A stretch of DNA of 64,000 nt from the human T2T-CHM13v2.0 reference genome, Homo sapiens (GCF_009914755.1 NC_060948.1), one strand, 5' to 3'; positions 47,325 through 62,648 are shown, numbered from the stretch's first letter. Made by a program: numbers and translations. Notes: generated by a model not told the origin, from the letters alone.

Positions 47325-48254
47325 TCATATGACTAACTGAAGAGAGCTGTAGCACAAAGCATTAGTACAAAATAAAATAACACACATAAATCGGCCAGAT
47401 AAAGGGCAAAATATAGAACAAGAGTGAAGCGTATGAGCAGGCACTTCACAGAGGAAAAAATGCTGAATGTTTAACAAATACATGAAAAGAAAATTAAGAC
47501 CACAATAAAAGGCCATTTTTTTAACCCATGATACTGACTAAAATTGAAAAGTCAAACATCATCAAATGTTGACAAGAGTATTGGGAAGCAGGAACCTTAG
47601 TATTTAATACACTGTTGCTGTGAATTGACATGGTAACTTCAGAGAGTTCTGTAGCCATGCTTGGTAAATTTGGAGACAAACATACCAAATTACCAGGAAC
47701 TTTTATTTCTTGATATACACTACAAAAAAGCATTTTCATATGTTTATAAAAAGAAAACAGGACCAAATGTTTTGCAGTTAAGAAGACATCGTGGAAAACT
47801 TTTAACTCTCAATGGAGAGTATGTGTAAAAGATTGCTTTTCTTTCACATAATGGAATGCAATACAGTGGTTAAAATGAAAGAAATAGAACTGTCAGTATA
47901 AACATTCACAATTTCAAAACTATAATAACAAGTTTGAAAACTAAATTGCAAAGGGATATATTTGGTATAAAATATTATATACTCTTTAAATGCCTCCAAA
48001 GCAATAGTGTGTGTGTGTATATATATATCATATATATCATATATATATATGATATTTTCTCTATAAAACATATGTGTGGGAGAATTATACACAAAATTCA
48101 GGATAATGATTACTTATGGAGAGAAAGGAGGAAGAAAAGATGGAGGTGTTGTACAGCCTTCAATATCCTCATAATATTTATTTACTTTTTCAACTCCTAA
48201 GAGAAATTAACTGATACAGAAAAATGTTAACATTTAATTACTGAATTATATTTA

Positions 48255-48480
48255 ATAAAGGCATACCTTGCTTAGTATGCAGCAGTCACTGTTATACATG
48301 CTTTACAAATATTACTTGATTTAATTTTAATGGTAAAACCTATGAGGTAGTATTATTATAATGCTCATTTCCTAGATTACAAGACTAAGGCAAAGAAAGT
48401 TTCAATGGCTTGCACAAATTCACATAGAGCTAGATTTGAAGCCAGGTATGTCTATTGTCTATTCATATGATGCCCTTTCT
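48255..48480 (-). mobile_element. MIR
   Basis: CCTATGAGGTAGTATTATT...CATTT...GACTAAGGC...CTTGCACAAATTCACATAG...GATTTGAAGCCAGG. Confidence 0.65.
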
Positions 48481-48697
48481 TGCATGGCTCATTTCTTCAA
48501 CATCTGTAGTACATGTAAATGGATATTTACAATATGTTTTTTCATACTTTGGGATTTTCTGAAAAGCATCATAATTAAAATCAAACACTTAAAATTAAAA
48601 TCAGGGAAATTCTGCTTGCCACTATTAGGTGACAAAAGGACCATATATATGTAGAAAGCCAGTTGTTAGAAGTAAGTCCCAACATAACAGTAATTAT

Positions 48698-49260
48698 TGA
48701 TAGAGCAGGAGCACTGGCATCTCAGACAAACACCATCCCTTTAAATTCCATCTCCTTTTCTGGCCACATGTATTTCAACGAAATCACTTCTCTCCTAACT
48801 ACAAGCAGCCAAAAAGAGCAGACATTACAACGCAAATAAGACATCTCAGCACACAGCGAGGTGAAGGAAAAGTCCCTTGAGTAACTGCCAAATTTTCCCT
48901 CATACAATGGGCCCCAGTAAAACACTGGGCCTTGTTAGGCACATTCCTTTCCCTTCAGGTGCACTAAGATAGGGAAGCTAAAAGCAGACTGGGGGAATAA
49001 GCATGCAGCTGCAGAAAGATGTATGGGAAGACACACAACTCTCCCTCCCAGACAAGCACAACAAAGAGACACAGAAGCAGCCCAAGCCTTTGATAAACTC
49101 TCCCACCCTGAATCCTTAAGAACTGTCAGTCTCTGAGAAAGTGTGCCTCTGACCTAACTTAGCCAGAAGGTGCCCTCTCAGGTTTGTTTTCTCTAAAATA
49201 AATCTGTCCTTACTGGTGAGCCACTTTTTGTGTTTCTTCCCTCTCTCTTTACATCTTACA
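48698..49260 (+). mobile_element. Solo ERV1 LTR (MER61/LTR15-like) inserted in an old L1M ORF2 start
   Basis: TGATAGAGCAGGAG...CATCTTACA, AATAAA near the 3' end, flanks ATTAT/ATCAT; L1 text AATGTAAATGATCTAAACTCACCCATTAAA resumes after it. Confidence 0.9.
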
Positions 49261-49615
49261 ATCATAATAAATGTAAATGATCTAAACTCACCCATTAAAT
49301 ATCAGCTAAACAATACTTACAAGAGAGAAGCCTAATGCATCAAGCACATAGGGACTGAAAATAAAAGGATAGAAATAAATAAACTAGTAAACACTAACCA
49401 ATAGAAAGATGATATGTTTATATTAATTCTATAAAAACTAAGCTTTAATTCAAGAAAATACATATTTTTAAAGATAGAGAAGGGCCACTTCCTCATGGAA
49501 GTCTTCCTTCAACAGGAAGTTAGTTACCTAAAATATGTGTGCACCTAACAAAATAAGTACACGTATACACTCAAAAAGGATAAAATTTCAGGGATATATA
49601 TTTTTTAATCTACCC

Positions 49616-50302
49616 ATACGGTTATTTTATGTGTCAGTTTGACTGGGTCACTGTGTGCCCAGATGTGTGGTCAGGCATTATTCTGTTGCGTCTGTGAGGG
49701 TGTTTCTGGATGAGATAAATGTTTTAGTTCATGAGTAAAGAAAGATATAAGAAATGGGTAGAACTGAAAGGATGAAATAAAGGGGAATTCCTCCTTCCTG
49801 ACTGTATTTGAGCTAGGACTTTGAATTTTTCTGCCTTTAGATTCAAGCTAAAACCTTGGCTCTTCCCAGATCTAAAGGTTGTCAGCCTTCAAACCGGTAA
49901 CACAACATTCATTGACCATCCTGGTTCTCTGGCCTTTGGACTCAGACTATTACTGACCATCCTGGTTCTCTGGCCTTTGGACTCAGACTACAACTATACT
50001 ATCAAACCTCCTAGGTCTCCAAATTGCCAACTGTATTTTTTAGAACTTGTCAGCCTTCATAACTGCAGGAACCAACTTTTTATAATCAATTTCCTTCTCC
50101 ATATATTTGTGTGTGTCTATATACGTATATTATATGTATATACGTATATAGACACACACACATGCACATATATACACCATGTATATATGTGCATGTGTGT
50201 GTGTGTGTGTGTGTATATATATTTGTGGGCATCTGTGTATACACACACACACATATATGCATCATATTTATTTCTGCTACTGCAGAGAATCCAGAATAAT
50301 AC
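49616..50302 (+). mobile_element. ERVL LTR (MLT2) with internal (CA/TA)n tract
   Basis: TTTTATGTGTCAGTTTGACTGGG...CTGTGAGGGTGTTTCTGGATGAGAT...GCCTTTGGACTCAGACT...GAGAATCC...TAATACA. Confidence 0.85.
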
Positions 50303-53300
50303 AACCCCCAAAATGGGTGATGTCAATAAAATTGGATTCAATAATATTGGAGATAGGTTACATTTACAAAAGAACCTTAAAAACCAGTTTTGAAAAATTA
50401 AACATTCTAATAGATACATATCAACTTCTAAGTACTATAATTAGAGAAAAACAATATTCTCAAACACAAATGAAATTTCACTATTACCATTTTACATTTG
50501 GTCACATGATAGTATGTAAGCAAGTCTTAACAAATGTTGAATAATTAGTGTCATAAACACCCCAAGTTCTTTGACCTCATGCAATTAGGTTGAAGTCAGT
50601 TACAAATGATTTGTTCAGTCACTGCTTATTAGAAAAATGAAAAAAAAAACACAAGAAAGCAGTTCTCATGAATCTTTTGGATCCATACATCAAACAAAAA
50701 TAAAAATAAACATATTCAAATGTACTTACATATGTATAGAAAGATGTAAAATCTTACTGTCTTACTGTGTTATTTTTTGTTATAGCAAAAGCCTTGAAAT
50801 GATGTAATTGTTCATCATGAAATAAGGAATTTCTTTAGTACAGTATTTTGCCTCCAGAAAATGGTATGCGATAGCTGTTCATGTTATTAAAAAGAACAAA
50901 GTTGCTCTTTGTTGATAAAGTACTATTAGGGTGAATAAGGTAAGTACAGAACAGCACATAGAATATACACTCATTTTAACTTGAAAATTGTATGTTTTAA
51001 TATATATTTCCAAGAAATTGAACAAACTTCTATTAGGGACAACTTCAGAATGGAGAATTATACACCTGGGCTCAGGTACCCTGTGGTATTGTCTAATTTC
51101 TTTTTCTTTCATATCCTTTATGCATTTACAACTTAAAAATACTACTAAAATGTAGAATGAATCAAAGAACCCTAGTCTAAAAATATGTCTTCTGAAATGT
51201 TGCCAAATGGCTTTCAGATCCTTCCACGAGTGACTTTTTTCCTTTGGTTTTAGCACTGGCATGTGCATTGGAATTCTCTTCAACATAATCCATCCTCATG
51301 AAAGTATACCATATGATGTCATCAGTAAATTAATGTAAAAAGGAGAATTGGATTTTCAAACCATAATTCTCTGGACTAAAGACACTGGGCGCCAGGGAAA
51401 GGAAAGGAGACACATGGAAAGAAGAAGGTAAGCTAAAAGCACTGGTACTTTCTAGGTCTGACAACAAAATTTCAGGTTGAGACTTCACCGAATGATCTTA
51501 AAACTCTTGAAAGATTTCCTGCAGTCCTTACTTTTTCAGACAAGAGGGTCAAGCTCAGCAATATTCTTTGTTGTAACTCCTGGTCTGAAGGGAAAAATGA
51601 TTGAGATTCTGGGGAAAGTGAATAGAGAACTCTGATGAAAGCCATGGTTAACATAGGCCTGAAGCTTAAAAGCATCAAATTTACATAAACATAATTTTTT
51701 TAAAAACCAGCATAATTTTAATTTTATTGTAGTCATCATTTGCAGACACTGTTTATTTTGGAGAAGTGATTACAGAAATCTGACAAATCAAGGCCTGATG
51801 AGAATACTTAAATTAACCACATTCCAGAAGCCCAAATCTGAAAAGCAAAGGTGTTTCTGATATAACAGCCCAACTTCTGCATTTCTTCTCTATTGGGCAC
51901 TGTAATATTGCACATATGAAAAACAAAATGGAGTGTTAAATAAAAAGTAATGGGATTAAGAAGAGTCATTGCTTAGTGAGTTAAAACAACACACATATAC
52001 ATGGAGAAGAAGAGGAAGACAGTGATAGAAAACATACTATTGATTTAATTCAGAATAATTTTCATTTTTGTCTATTACCATTAAATAGTACCATTACAAT
52101 AATATAATTTTGTAATATTGACTTCCAAAATGTGAGTGGTTTTTATTTTGTATATTTGGAAACCTGAGCAAAGTTCTTTATAAAGACATTTCGTTTTTTC
52201 CCAAATTTGCTAGCTAATAGCTAGCTAAATGCTGGTTGCCTGAATATCTCTCACTAAGTATTTTGTCTTTTCCCATTGATTTTAATATGAACTTGGTTTG
52301 TATTTTCTTGGCATCTTTACTAAATCTACAGATGTTGAAGTTGTTCAGATCTCAGTCATGGATCTTCTTGGGTTTTCTCAAGGCTAAAACACCCTTTCTA
52401 TACTGACCATCAAAAAATTCCCAACTTCAGGCCAGATCTTTGTTCTACCTTCAGAGTTGGCATATCCAACTGCATGCCTTACATCTCCACATACCAAAAC
52501 CAGACCTTCCTTTCATCCTCCAAACATGTTTCCTCCTACAGGATTCCACTATTTCAGAAATTCACCGTGCTAAGTATCCTATATTTCAAGATAGAAATGT
52601 AGAGGATGATCCCTGAGGCAGCCTTTTCTCAATGAGTCTTCATCATTCACATCCAACACTTCACAGTTTGTGTGTCCTCTCCCAAAATTATAGACTTAGT
52701 AAATAAAGTTCCAAAAATATAGACTTAGTAAATAAAGACTCCCCTAAACAACCTTCAATTGTCCACTTTTTTTTTCCAATTCACGTCAGTTTCTTTACAG
52801 AACAGCTGGAGTTCTGCAAAGTCAAAGTTAGAGTAAGTACCAGTTTCTGCCAGTATTACTATTTTCTTTATCACGAGATAAATGTTACTTAAAAACGTGC
52901 ATATGAAGCTATACTAAGTAACAAAGTTAAATGATGTCTCTGTTTTACAGAACAGTACAAGGCAAATAGAATCAATTATTATTATATAATCTTTATAAAT
53001 ACACATACACGTAGTAGATATTTTAGACCCCACTTCATACATCTGCAATTTGGGTCTCAAAATAGTTAGCTTATCTTAAAGTCTAATATCAGATTACAGA
53101 ACTGCGTCTCTCCACAATATCATGCTATCTCCCTTTAAGAACCAGCTGGGGAATCATTAAGAACAAAAAAAATGTCCTTTTCTTGAACATCTCCAAGGTG
53201 AGCCAAAAATCTAAATTTCCTGTGGAGATGTTGTCATGTGCAACTTCACCAAAACCTTTACAAATTTAACTACAGTTATGCTTCAGTGGTCTAGCTGTTT

Positions 53301-56300
53301 ATCCAATACCTGCACACCTGCTTTAAAACAGAAAAATTTGGAAGTTAATACAAATATTAACTCTTATCATTACAGATGCTGACATCTGAAGACGCTTTCC
53401 AATATTCCATAAATATGTGAAATTCAAATGTCAGTACAGTCTCCAAAATGTCAATGTAATCTTAGTAGCAGTGGATCATTTACAGAAGGTAATTTTGCCA
53501 GAGTGGACAAATTTTTTTTAAAATATTGCTATTTTAGACTTACTGATAGCATTAACTTATACACAGTGTATAGCTAGAAACATATTCCTAAAGAAAATGT
53601 TCAGAAATAGGTTTCTTACTTTTTGCTAAATTGCAGACTAGCAGGTTAATTACTCCTGTGAAGTGCTAGATAATTGCGGTAGCATTTACCAAGAATGAGA
53701 AAGAAGATAGGGGCATATGACTTGAGAAGGTGGGAGTGAGGAAAAGATAAGGTATTTATTCCTGACTCCTGACTTGATGTTCTTTGTTTGATTCTTTTGT
53801 TTTTGTTGTTGTTGTTTTACTTTATCTTATGTGTCAGACCAGAGCTTCACAAACAGCCCCAAATAATTACATGGGTCATAAAAAACATATCCAGACAATT
53901 CTCATTATTTTCCATCAAAATCCTGGTTCAATCATTTGAAATGAGACCTGGAGAACCAGCAATTCTAACAAGTATGCTAAGCCATTGTTACCAAAATGAC
54001 AATTGTGAAATATTTAGAAAACCAGGCAGGAGTCAGGTAATCAATATTTAATGATTGGTTCTTGCTGTAAGGGTAAAGGATTTTATTGAAATGACTATTT
54101 AAATTCAAGTTTTATGAAAAAGAATTGAGCACTTTAGTGCTTTCTCATTAATATCTTTAAAGTATGTTTTGCTAAAGTGGAAAAATTATCTTTTCATTAG
54201 AAGTTAGCATTATGGCCACAGATGACTTCTGAGTTAGCTTTTTGAAAATCTTCAGATCGTAAATTATAAAAATTATCTTGGGGGTTTATAAAATTCCAGA
54301 AAATCACTAAGAAAAATATACATAAAAATACCAGCTTCCAAATCAATCAAAATAACACTTACAAATAGACAAGAAAATATATAGACAATCTAGACCAGTA
54401 GAGGAAAACAGGACAGGTAAATGGATCCATTTTAGAAAAGATGAAAATTAAACGACCAATGGAAAATGGCTAGATGTTTGAGCTCATTAGTAATCCGGGG
54501 ATATAAATCAAAACCACATTACATTCCAACTTTTGTTCATTAGTTTGGCAACTATTAAAATAATAATAACAAGTGTAGTCAAGGGTATAAGGAATGGAAA
54601 TTTGGTTCCATCAATCACAGGACTATCTAATGATATTTAGTAAAATTAGGGTGACTAAAACTTTGGTTGTTCCAATGGAAACTTTTTTTAGAACAAAGGG
54701 TACTAACATATATAAAATTATTTACTATTTATTATATTATTTCCTTACAGGTTTTTTTATTGTATTGATGGATCTATGAAATAGTTATCTTCCAACTATT
54801 TTTGAAAATAAAATGCTTCAAAAATTTAAAAACCACAATTACATATCTTGAGGCAAAACAGAAAAATAACTTCTTTATATTTATTATTTAAATATTTAAA
54901 ATAGTAGGCAGAATAATTATTCTAGAACATATTTACATGAATTAATCTGTTTCTTAACAATAATTATCTGTAGTTCTTTTCTGGAAAATGCATTTATTTT
55001 AATATTATATTGATTTTTAAATAAAGTTACTTGAGCTTTTCCGAAGTTGCTTCTTCTTGTCACCAATAAAAGTTATCAACAATGTTTAGCTTTTTAAGTG
55101 AACTTTAAAAAGCATTTATCATATTGTTCAATTTTTTTTCTGGCACAATAATATTTCCACAGCTTTATTTTGGTCCCAATGATTGACTAAAAATTCAAAC
55201 CACATTTTAATTCAATTTTCTGTTTGAAACATCTAAATGGCATTATCCAACTCTTTTGGAATTTATTCTGTTAATGGAGCTTATGGTGCTTACATACTAA
55301 CAATTACTGATGAATATTTCTTAAGTGCAGAAAAATTAGAATTAAAAATGTACACAATTGATTTTAAAAAATAGTAATTTGATGTAAATAAAAAGCCAGG
55401 CCTCTCAGAATTATATGCTTAATTTTTCCGAAGTCACACACTAAACCTGTGAAAATGTCATCTTCAGGCATAGTTTTCTTAATGTAACTAAGTATTACCT
55501 TCTTAAATAGCAGCTGGTTTTTCCCCTCAACCCTCCATATTCTGGATTTCAGGATATCACTTTTAGCCTTATGGTCCCAACATGGACTACAAGGCTTTAT
55601 GATTATGCCATGTGTTTATTGGCACCTTTCAGCCCATAATTTGATTGAAAGGGAAATTGAGCAGTTTTTGATTAAATATCTAGTTGGATTTTTATGTCAT
55701 TGCTGCTGAAACAGATTTTTTTAAAATAGTCATTAGCAAGCAACCTATAAGTAAATAGTTGTAGGTATACGAGAGATGACAAAACCCCTGTGGCCAGACA
55801 AATTAACTACGCTTTGTGTGCTAAGCTTCTATTTCTAGCACATAATTTACATATATCTAGCCTACTATTTCCTTCATTTTCCCCAAACCCACCATATGAT
55901 GATCTGGCAGTGTCACGTGAGTGAGCCACATAGAAAAAAAAAAATATGTTAAATACTTCTTCCATCACCAGGCAAGACTGGAAGAAGCTAGCCATTACTA
56001 GCCAATACTGACTCAGCGTATATTGATTTATTGTCAAGCACTCTGCTACATGCTGTCCTTGAAAATGAAGCATTAACTATGTTTTGTATAAACTGTGTTA
56101 GGAAAATAAAGTTGATTTTCAGACTTATCCCCCTATTCAAGTCATCATTCTGTTAATATTTTATTTTCCTCACATACTGATAGAGCCCTGACAATAGCTA
56201 TCTATAATTATTAAACAAAATGAACATTTAACAAACACATGCTGGTTCTAATCAATGTAACTTATAATAATACTTCATTAAAAATGAAAAACCTAAGACA

Positions 56301-58573
56301 AATGCAAAGCTGATTAGCATGGATGAACAACAGTAACAAAGTGGTAGCCCTGGGAGCTAATGAGAATATTTTATCCCCTCAAAGTTAAAACTGTATGCAC
56401 ACTGCAGTCCAGCCATTCTTCTAGTATTTTCATTATAAACTCTCACACATGTGTACCCAGAGGCATAGGGAAGGTTTTTCATTGTAGCATTTCAATAAAC
56501 ACATAATGGAACATAATGAAATTCAGTAGACTGAGAACTATGCCATCAATAATGGCAGCTCTCAACAAAAATGTTAAGAAAAAAATAAGTGTAATAATAT
56601 ACACCTTATAACATTTACATAAACATTAAAAATTCACAAAGCACCAGTCTCCTGACTGTCTTTAAAAGTATAAAAGATGGGATAGCTACCTTTATGCAAA
56701 TTAACTAGACTTCAGTTGCACTAATTAAGAGAACAACAGCTGAGTCAATCACATGATAATAGGCAAGTTATAATTGATGTCAAAATTCTACCTTATTATA
56801 TATTAACTTCAAAATCATATCACAAGTTTTCTTCTATTTTGAGAAACATCACTTTACTAATAAATAGAACAAAGATTGATTTTGCAGATTTGCCTGATTT
56901 CAATAGAGCATATTTCATCTTCAAATATGATAAGCACTTTCCAATCCATAAAACACTGTTAGAAAAAACTCTCAATCAGGCTAGACACACATTTCAAAGA
57001 GCCTGTGAGTTTGCAAATCATGTATGCCACACTCTCATGCTACCATGATAAAGCATAGCGCTTACATAGTGTTTCTTAGCTTGAAAGAGTCTAGGAACTT
57101 TAACTAATTAATCCTTAGACTAACCAGTGAGATAGTGATAAGAAGTTCCATGAATAGATCATTTAACTATATAATCCACACTTCCTTAAATGTAATTCAG
57201 CTTATGTGTCACGTTGTGTTTTCCTAGCTTTCTATTTCAATCTTCAGAGAAATAATATTTATGTGTGACTATATCATGCATAGGCATCTATTATGAATAC
57301 AATTACGTAGACTGCACTCTGTCTGCTACTAAAAGCTAGCAGATATATGCACAGCCAATACATAAAAAAGTCTGGTATATTCTGCTGTATTTTCTTTTCT
57401 TATTTATTTCATATCTTATTTTCAGGTATTTCAGAGCAGACTTGTTAGATTTGAGTAGGCTAAAACTTTTTAAAGGAGGTATTACAATTCTCTTTTTAAT
57501 TTTTATAATTACTTTAGTTTTTTGGAAAGTGTATTAAAATTAAACTTCTATAATTATGCTGAATGTAAAAGAATATTATATGTGAATGCTTCACCCAAAT
57601 GAAATAATATTTAATATTCAATTTAGAATTCTCTCTAGTAGAATTTCCTTCTCTGCAGGTAGCTGGCTACAGGGGTCTAGCAAAACCAATCTATTTTTGT
57701 GGTAAAGGCAAATACTGGGTTACTCAGGAAAGAACTCTTTCAGTCTGCAAAGCACAGTACATCTTTTCTCTGAGCAGAATAAATTCTTATCCAGTTTTAC
57801 TGTTCAATTAAATATTCAATTGAAGTTAATTGTTTTCTTTTTTATTACAAAGAAAATCTGGTTAATTTCTACTTATTTGTACTAAATATATTCTCTGTAA
57901 CTACCTAAAATTACATAGACATACACACACACATACAAAAGACTCAGTACAACTGGAAGACCAATGTGTACATGTGATCTGCTAAAAAAAAATAAATAAA
58001 TAAAAATAAAAAAAATTCTACTCTATTATTTTCATTATAGGATATAGTTGAAATTCGATCAATGGCCAATTTGAAATGAGTGTCTAAGACATCACTGGAG
58101 AAAGTATGTACGATGCAAAAAACATTTCTCTATGCATATACTTTATTTGTAAATACATTTATACTGTAGAGTTAAAATGGTTAACTTTTTTGTCAAAGAC
58201 TGGTACTGGCTAAAATTTTGTTTCTTAATATCTGTATCCCATTTGTGTTTTGTATCTTATAATCCTTTTATGCTATATCTAAGATTTAAAATGTTTTAAA
58301 CATTGGATGTTTGTCTTTAGTGGAAGTGTGGGGGACCCATGCGGTTGCTGTTTAGGGGATCTCATCTAAAGAAAGAAGTTAGTAACACGCAGCTGAGCAG
58401 GCAGTGGGCAGTGGTCCAGTGCTAGGTTTTTAGCTGTGACATGTATAAGTTTCTCAGGAATTCTCAGAAGTATTTGACGGAAATGAAACTGGTTTACCAA
58501 TGCTCTTTAAAAAAATCAGCTAAAGAATTATCCTATAATGTCCTGAGGAGAAAAATGAGCAAGGCACATAATT

Positions 58574-58778
58574 TGAGACAGGAAAAATACTAGGTGATTG
58601 CAGGAGAAAAGACAATCTCAAGCAGCAGTTTCACATGACAAGCAAAAATACACCCTTAAAGTAGCTGCATAAACTGGAAGCTGATAAGATTCCCACAAAC
58701 AAGAGTGTGGGCAAAGCTGGATAGCAACAACTGGACCCAATATGGTGTTGGATTTGAGCTAGGTTTCGCCTTGGAGAA
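58574..58778 (+). mobile_element. ERV1 LTR 5' fragment (MER41-group-like)
   Basis: TGAGACAGG...GCAGCAGTTTCACATGAC...CTGGACCCAATATGGTGTTGGATTTGAGCTAGG; ends at an A-run. Confidence 0.6.
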
Positions 58779-61700
58779 AATACCAAAAAAAAAAAAAAAA
58801 ATTACTGTTGCTACCGTGCAGCCCCACTACTACAGTGCAGCAGAGCCACTGATCAAAGGCAGCAACTGCTTAAGTATGGCTGGTTCACATGTGAAAACTA
58901 CAAATCCCTGTTTGTTTAATTCATGTTTACTTTTTCTGTTATATAAAGTAAAAATTATTCCTTGCTGACACAGTGTTTCATTTTTCTTCCTTATTCCATA
59001 CCATTTACTTTCTTCTCACATTAGTTATAGTTTGTAACTTGTTTTGTCAAATATATGCAATGAGATAACACTGCAGTATTGTAGAAAGCACACTGCATTG
59101 GAAACAGACTCATATTGCAACAGGAAAATGCTGGAGGGCACACACCTGGAGAACTCAAGGCTCAGGGAAGAGCCTGCAGTGAGAAATCACAGGCCATCCC
59201 TGTTCTGGGGGAGAAAGGCCCATCAGGGAACAGTAACACTCATACTTCAGAATTGGGGAACCTGAAGTGACCTAAGAGGTGGGCTTTAATGCTCAGCCAC
59301 ATTCCCTCGCTAGACACACACAGAAGGTCCCCTGCCATTTAACTGATCATCTACAGTGGGATTTATTTTTACTTTTTACCAAGGCTCAACGGATAGCTGC
59401 CTCATTGTCTGCAGAAGAACACAGAGCTCTGTGGGGCTGTGGGAAAAGAGAGCTGACCTGCCCCCTTCCAAGAAAAAACCACCCTCCTTAGATGTCAGTG
59501 CCTTGAAGGGATGGGTTTGGTGTATTAATAAGAAAGAGTGCATTGGACTGGATACTAAGAAATGTATTGCATCATTTTTCTTGTCCTCTATAACATGAAA
59601 GGTCAATTAGAGATATAGAAACAATGGAACATTTCACAGCATGGCCTGACATTTCACTGCACTTTTATCTTTTTAACCATGTACCAAGTTCATTAAATAT
59701 GCAAAGGTAGGACTGTTATAGGACGAAAGTGGTGGAGTCAGAGGTCACAATCCACAGAAAGCTGACAGTCCCTTGTGGATGGGAACCTGAGTGCTGAATT
59801 AGAGTGAGAATCAGCTTTCAGGCTACCAACAGGGGACAAGGAGAATGAAGCTATCAGCAGTTAACAATATTGGATTAATTGAAATGATGTTGACAGAGAT
59901 TTTGTTAGCTTTACATCAAATTGAGTATAGTACTTCAAATTGAGTATTTGATAAGGGTAAACTCTTGTCAAATTTCCCACGTGTAAAATTGAGGATTAAT
60001 TCAAAGATTACACAACCCATACATATGAGTATCTCATTTAAATTTATATGCACAAGTGCAAACTTGCAGTGTGTAAATATTTGTCTACATCTAAATGTAT
60101 CCAAATCCATTGATCAACAGTTAGAAATTTAGAAATTATTCTCCCATTTTACCATTCCCTTTCCTAGAATTTTGTCAGAAATATAATTTTTCCATCTGTT
60201 TGAATCCTACTTTCTGGAAGCATGTAATGTATGGATATAGTAAAGCCATGAGAAATCCCAGAGTTTGTATCAGAGAAAACATTAACACTGGTTTTATAAA
60301 AGATCCATTTTGAGGAGAAATTTATACTTCACATGACTACAAATACAGAAGTATTAATTCATCGAAAGCTAATATCACTCAATACAATTTGTTTTTAATG
60401 TTTTATTTAAAATATGTAATCTCAAACGATTACTCGAGTAGAATAATGTTGTTGGTAATAAACAATTATTAAGAATTTCCTTTAATTTGTTGATTATTTA
60501 AAATGTAAGTAAAATACTAAAAAGTAGTAGTACTAAAAAGCAGCCATGTAGTTTCTCTATGGTTTTTTTTTAAATTAATAGTATCAATGGAATTCTTTTA
60601 CACAGAGAAATCTCCTTATATCATTTTATTATTATACTTTTACTTTATTACTTGCTTGCATGTCGCAACTGATAGAAATAAAAATATTTTTATTTATACA
60701 TATATAAAGCATGGATTTTTGTTTATGTTTTCTAGTGAGAGAAAGTCACCAATAATTTTATCTATATAGGAAAATTTTGACAAGCCCAAAATTCTTAACT
60801 TTCTTTTCTTTTGAAGGTTCTTATTTCAGTCTAGGTATGAGATGGAATTGACTGTGATCACTTTTTTATTTCACTATGACTACGGAGTTTCTGATACAGT
60901 GCTACAAATGTATAGACTTAAAAACTTGCTTTCTTCTTCTTCTTCCTTTGGACCTGAATCATGTGATTTCTGCAGTAATGTGCACTGTTATCTGAAATGA
61001 GGTTGCTGAAAGATACAAGCATAAATGGAATTTTTTACTTCCGTGAACCTTTAGGAACAACAAGTGAAGCTGTAAGATAATCATGATATGAACTTAAATC
61101 CACAGTTTCTCACAGAAGCACATAAGGGTGAAAATGCATTTAAAAATACATGCCACATCCAAAACATGAGGTAGGAAAATGAAAAGTTTATTTTGACATA
61201 AAGAACAGTTTAAAAGCTATGATTATTTCTGGTGAGAGCAACTAGCACTAAAAATCCTATTTTCTCTGTTTTAATACATGAAACTATTAATGTATCTTCA
61301 TGCTCTAAAAAGAGTTAGCTCTAACTTAAGCAACAACTTTACAGCCATTTCAAACACTGGGTGCATCATCTTAGAATTTCTCCAAGAATCTTTTGGGAGA
61401 AATATAATGTAATCTTGCTCTATAAACAATTGAATTAATCAATGAAATTATTATGACTGTAGTCTTGCAATTTCATTGTCCTTCTCTTTTCGGTTTTTAC
61501 ATATTCTGATTAAAATTCAAAAGCCCCTAGGAAGCATATGATAAATAACAATGACCGAAACAGCTGAAAAATCAAAAATGAGCAGCAGACACATTTCAAG
61601 GTTTCCTTTATGAGAATGCTACATTGACCATATGACATACACATGATATCAATCCCTGTGAGAAAATAATATTTGGGTAGCACTTGACAGTTCATCCAGT

Positions 61701-62210
61701 AACAGCAAATATTCTCATTTGACCTTCAAAAGGAATTTTAAACTTGTGTTTCATAAGTGACGAAAATGTGATTTAGTAACAGAAATCAGAGCTGTTACAT
61801 CTCTTTAAGAACATGTCAACCAGTAAAGCAGAGGCATGAGTTTTCTTCTGGAGTGAAGAAGGCAATGTTTATTAAAATCATGAGTCTTTTTTTAATGTTT
61901 CATCTTTTATTAATGTTTTGCTTATCAAAATCGTTGCCCTTATTTGCAGTTATATTGCCTGTATTTGCCTATTACAGCAGTTATCACACTTACTATTCCT
62001 CATTTATCTCTGTACCTGTTTCTACTGCACACTCAAAATAGCAAGGAAACAGTGTTTTTCTGAGCTTCTTGCAGACTGCCAGGCTTATTGTGGCATTTAG
62101 AAACTATCTGCTGAATGTTTGTGACATTTTCATTTAAGTTACATTCTAGGCCACTTGATTCTCATTTTCTATTTAGTATTTGGGTTTGGAGAGCTATTTT
62201 TAATTTTAAG

Positions 62211-62648
62211 GTTTTTTTTTTCTTTTTTTTTTTTTTGTTTTATTATCCTGTAAGTTCTAGGGTACATGTACACAACGTGCAGGTTTGTAACATAGGGATA
62301 CATGTTCCATGTTTGTTTGCTGCCCCTATCAACTCGTCATTTACATTAGGTATTTCTCCAAATGCTATCCCTCCCTCAACCCCCCACCCCCGCGACCGGC
62401 CTCGGTGGGTGATGTTCCCTGCCCTGTGTCCATGTGTTCTCATTGTTCAACTCTCACTTATCAGTGAGAACATGCGGTGTTTGGTTTTCTGTCCTTGTGA
62501 TAGTTTGCTTAGTATGATGGTTTCCAGCTTCATCCATGACCCTGCAACCGCAATGAGATACCATCTCATGCCAGTTAGAATGGCGATCATTAAAAAGTGA
62601 GGGAATAACAGATGTTGGAGAGGATGTGGAGAAATGGGAACGCTTTTA
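62211..62648 (-). mobile_element. Short L1PA6-like insertion with 5' inversion (twin priming)
   Basis: 62211-62547 is the L1 3' end on the minus strand; 62546-62648 is an upstream L1 piece on the plus strand (AACCGCAATGAGATACCATCTC...GGAACGCTTTTA). Confidence 0.9.
62447..62541 (-). CDS. PRORY: PRORY last exon, predicted coding part (W)[30 protein letters not shown]
   Basis: Acceptor TTGCAG at 62547-62542, 95 nt to TGA; matches the recalled PRORY C-terminus; L1 AATAAA downstream at 62244-62239. Whether PRORY is translated is doubtful. Confidence 0.75.

Noticed and set aside
49821-50544. 190-aa and 121-aa ORFs
   Set aside because: Read through the MLT2 LTR and a stop-free CA/TA microsatellite.
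51180-51670. Exon-like segments (AAG|GTAAGC near 51428, TTCTAG acceptor near 51455)
   Set aside because: The intron would be under 30 nt, frames contain stops and no protein was recognised.
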